DNA from: Candidatus Omnitrophota bacterium
GTDB taxonomy: Bacteria; Omnitrophota; Gorgyraeia; Zapsychrales; Fredricksoniimonadaceae
Direction of reading: 5' to 3'
Assembly: GCA_044225175.1 (NCBI GenBank)
Contig: JBGAJA010000007.1
Span: 13,492 to 77,491, forward strand
DNA length: 64,000 nt
Positions 62,446 through 64,000 of the stretch are shown one piece after another (the first letter of the stretch is position 1; every line of letters begins with the position of its first letter). Position numbers and translations under genes: made by a program. Under the pieces are notes generated by a model. That model did not search any database. It was not told the origin of the DNA and saw only the letters and a program-made list of their open reading frames with translations.

Positions 62446-64000
62446 TGAGCTCCCGTAGAATTTTACTGTTGCTATTTTTTCTTGTGTTGGCTTTTGAGCT
62501 GGCTATGACAGCTTTTTTGATTTTTGATAAGAGATTGGTTATTGGTCATGATGGTTTTGAAATGCTGGCTCATCAATGGTTCTTTCTTAATGGCAGAGTG
62601 TCTTATGGTGAATACCCTCTTTGGACCCCGTACATGTCTCACGGCATTCCTATGTGGTGGAACTTTATTAGGATGGATGTTTTTTTAAATTCTCTTATGG
62701 TGTTTGCAGATTCTCTTAAAGGAATGAATTTTCTGCCTTTTTTTTATACGGGATTGTTCTTTGACAAATTTATTCTTTTGGTCGGTGTTTGGCTTCTAGG
62801 GAAAAGGTATTTTAATAATCCACTTACCATATTTTTTGTTGCGGTTACGGTTATGGCCTCCACCGTGACATTGTCTCAAGTTTCCTTTCCTTTGGTCCTT
62901 TTTTATAGCATTCCTCTGACCCTTTATCTTTTGCATCGTTTTTTTGATACGTATAATTTTAAATGGCTGTTCCTTGCAGTCTTTTTATTTTGTGTGTTGA
63001 GTATCAATATTTATTATTTTATTCCCATCATATCGCTGGCTATTTTCTTATATTTCTTGGTATATCATTTTTCATCTGGAGAGGGGCTGTTTAAACATGC
63101 AAGGATAGCTAAAAAAGATTTCTTATGGTTGGCAGGCATTTTTGCAATTGGAATATTGTTAGTTGTCATAGCGTCTCTTGTGCGTGATCCATTGATGCAT
63201 ATGAATACAGTTGGCAGACAGTTGGATGGGAATAATTCTTTGGAAATATTTCTGAAATACGCGGGAAGGACAGATTTATTAAAATGGTGGGAACTGTTCT
63301 TAGGTATGTCCCCACAATTAGACTATACCGTTTACATGGGTCTTTTGAGTCTGCCATTGATTGTCATTGGTTGTACATATAGCAAAAATCCCTATAAATA
63401 TCCCATTCTATTTGGGGCAGTTTTCTTCATATTGTTTGCCTGCGCCACTCCAGTCAGTTTGGTTTCGTATTATATCTGGCCACTCATGAAGCTTTTTAGA
63501 CATATTGGATTGATAGCGCCTCTAATTAAATTATATTTATGCTTCCTAGCGGGATTTGGATTTGAGCAATTATTTGATTCAGCTAAAGCAGGGAATTCGA
63601 AAAGTGTTTTTCAAAAAAGCATCATAGGATGCATCATTCTTTTGTTAAATGGTCTTTTTCTATGTCAATTGATTAAGAACCCTCAAGCGGCAAATTTCAT
63701 GATGACTCAATTAGGGGAGTACTATCAATCCTCTATTGTGGCTAATTTTTCACAGGATTTTATATCGGATAGTTTGTTTTATATGGCAGTTTTTTCATTT
63801 GTCGGGGCGGCCATTTTTCTTGTCAGATCTCTGGTGGGATTCCCTCGCTATGCGGCTTCTTTTATCTTTGTTTTGATGCTTGTTCATGTGACGGACTTGT
63901 ATTGGTATGCTTCTCAGCAAGTAAGATTGCGTTCATTTCCTTTGACTCAGGAGCAGTATCAATTATTCGATTTTCAGAAAATCCCATTTGAGAAGAGACG
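62445..64000 (+). CDS. Polytopic membrane protein, YfhO/GT-C-like, 3'-partial
   Basis: ATG overlaps the smpB stop; manual translation MSSRRILLLLFFLVLAF..GHD..GEYPLWTPYMSHGIP; many hydrophobic segments; appears to run off the window end. Confidence 0.6.
   Translation, partial: MSSRRILLLLFFLVLAFELAMTAFLIFDKRLVIGHDGFEMLAHQWFFLNGRVSYGEYPLWTPYMSHGIPMWWNFIRMDVFLNSLMVFADSLKGMNFLPFFYTGLFFDKFILLVGVWLLGKRYFNNPLTIFFVAVTVMASTVTLSQVSFPLVLFYSIPLTLYLLHRFFDTYNFKWLFLAVFLFCVLSINIYYFIPIISLAIFLYFLVYHFSSGEGLFKHARIAKKDFLWLAGIFAIGILLVVIASLVRDPLMHMNTVGRQLDGNNSLEIFLKYAGRTDLLKWWELFLGMSPQLDYTVYMGLLSLPLIVIGCTYSKNPYKYPILFGAVFFILFACATPVSLVSYYIWPLMKLFRHIGLIAPLIKLYLCFLAGFGFEQLFDSAKAGNSKSVFQKSIIGCIILLLNGLFLCQLIKNPQAANFMMTQLGEYYQSSIVANFSQDFISDSLFYMAVFSFVGAAIFLVRSLVGFPRYAASFIFVLMLVHVTDLYWYASQQVRLRSFPLTQEQYQLFDFQKIPFEKR

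Noticed and set aside
62445-62900. tmRNA (ssrA) next to smpB
   Set aside because: No GGGG..TCCACCA tRNA-like ends; the region is an open membrane-protein frame.
4396-63357. Numerous short antisense and alternate-frame ORFs in the track
   Set aside because: They lie within well-supported + strand genes and show no recognisable motifs.
1-64000. Diversity-generating retroelement, integron integrase, RAYT or IS transposase explaining the repeats
   Set aside because: No reverse transcriptase, tyrosine recombinase or HUH/DDE transposase is recognisable in the window; any such enzyme would have to act in trans.

Overview
AT-rich bacterial chromosome segment with almost all genes on the + strand. 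The large modular paralogs suggest Ca. Omnitrophota (OP3); this assignment is an inference from memory, not a search. Most of the window is housekeeping: rpsA, tyrS, a ~30 kb uninterrupted translation/transcription superoperon (tRNA-Thr to rplQ), and aminotransferase, pilT, icd, lipoylation, glycolipid, efp-accBC, heptose, thiamine and smpB genes. The notable exception is a pair of large paralogous genes (<1-4026 and 45091-49689). They share a ~300-400 aa N-terminal domain and a ~65 aa C-terminal 'GGID' domain. Between these lie unrelated AT-rich cargo modules joined at [DN]-x-A-M linkers, and in the second gene the junctions are marked by near-identical in-frame 36-bp direct repeats. The cargo includes an HExxH motif, a degenerate AAA+-like segment and a possible HGT-type ADP-ribosyltransferase. 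The conserved domain of both genes also carries different GTAG/CTAC REP-like palindromes inserted in frame at the same two sites. The best reading is a cassette-built, probably exported polymorphic effector polyprotein family, which remains a hypothesis.
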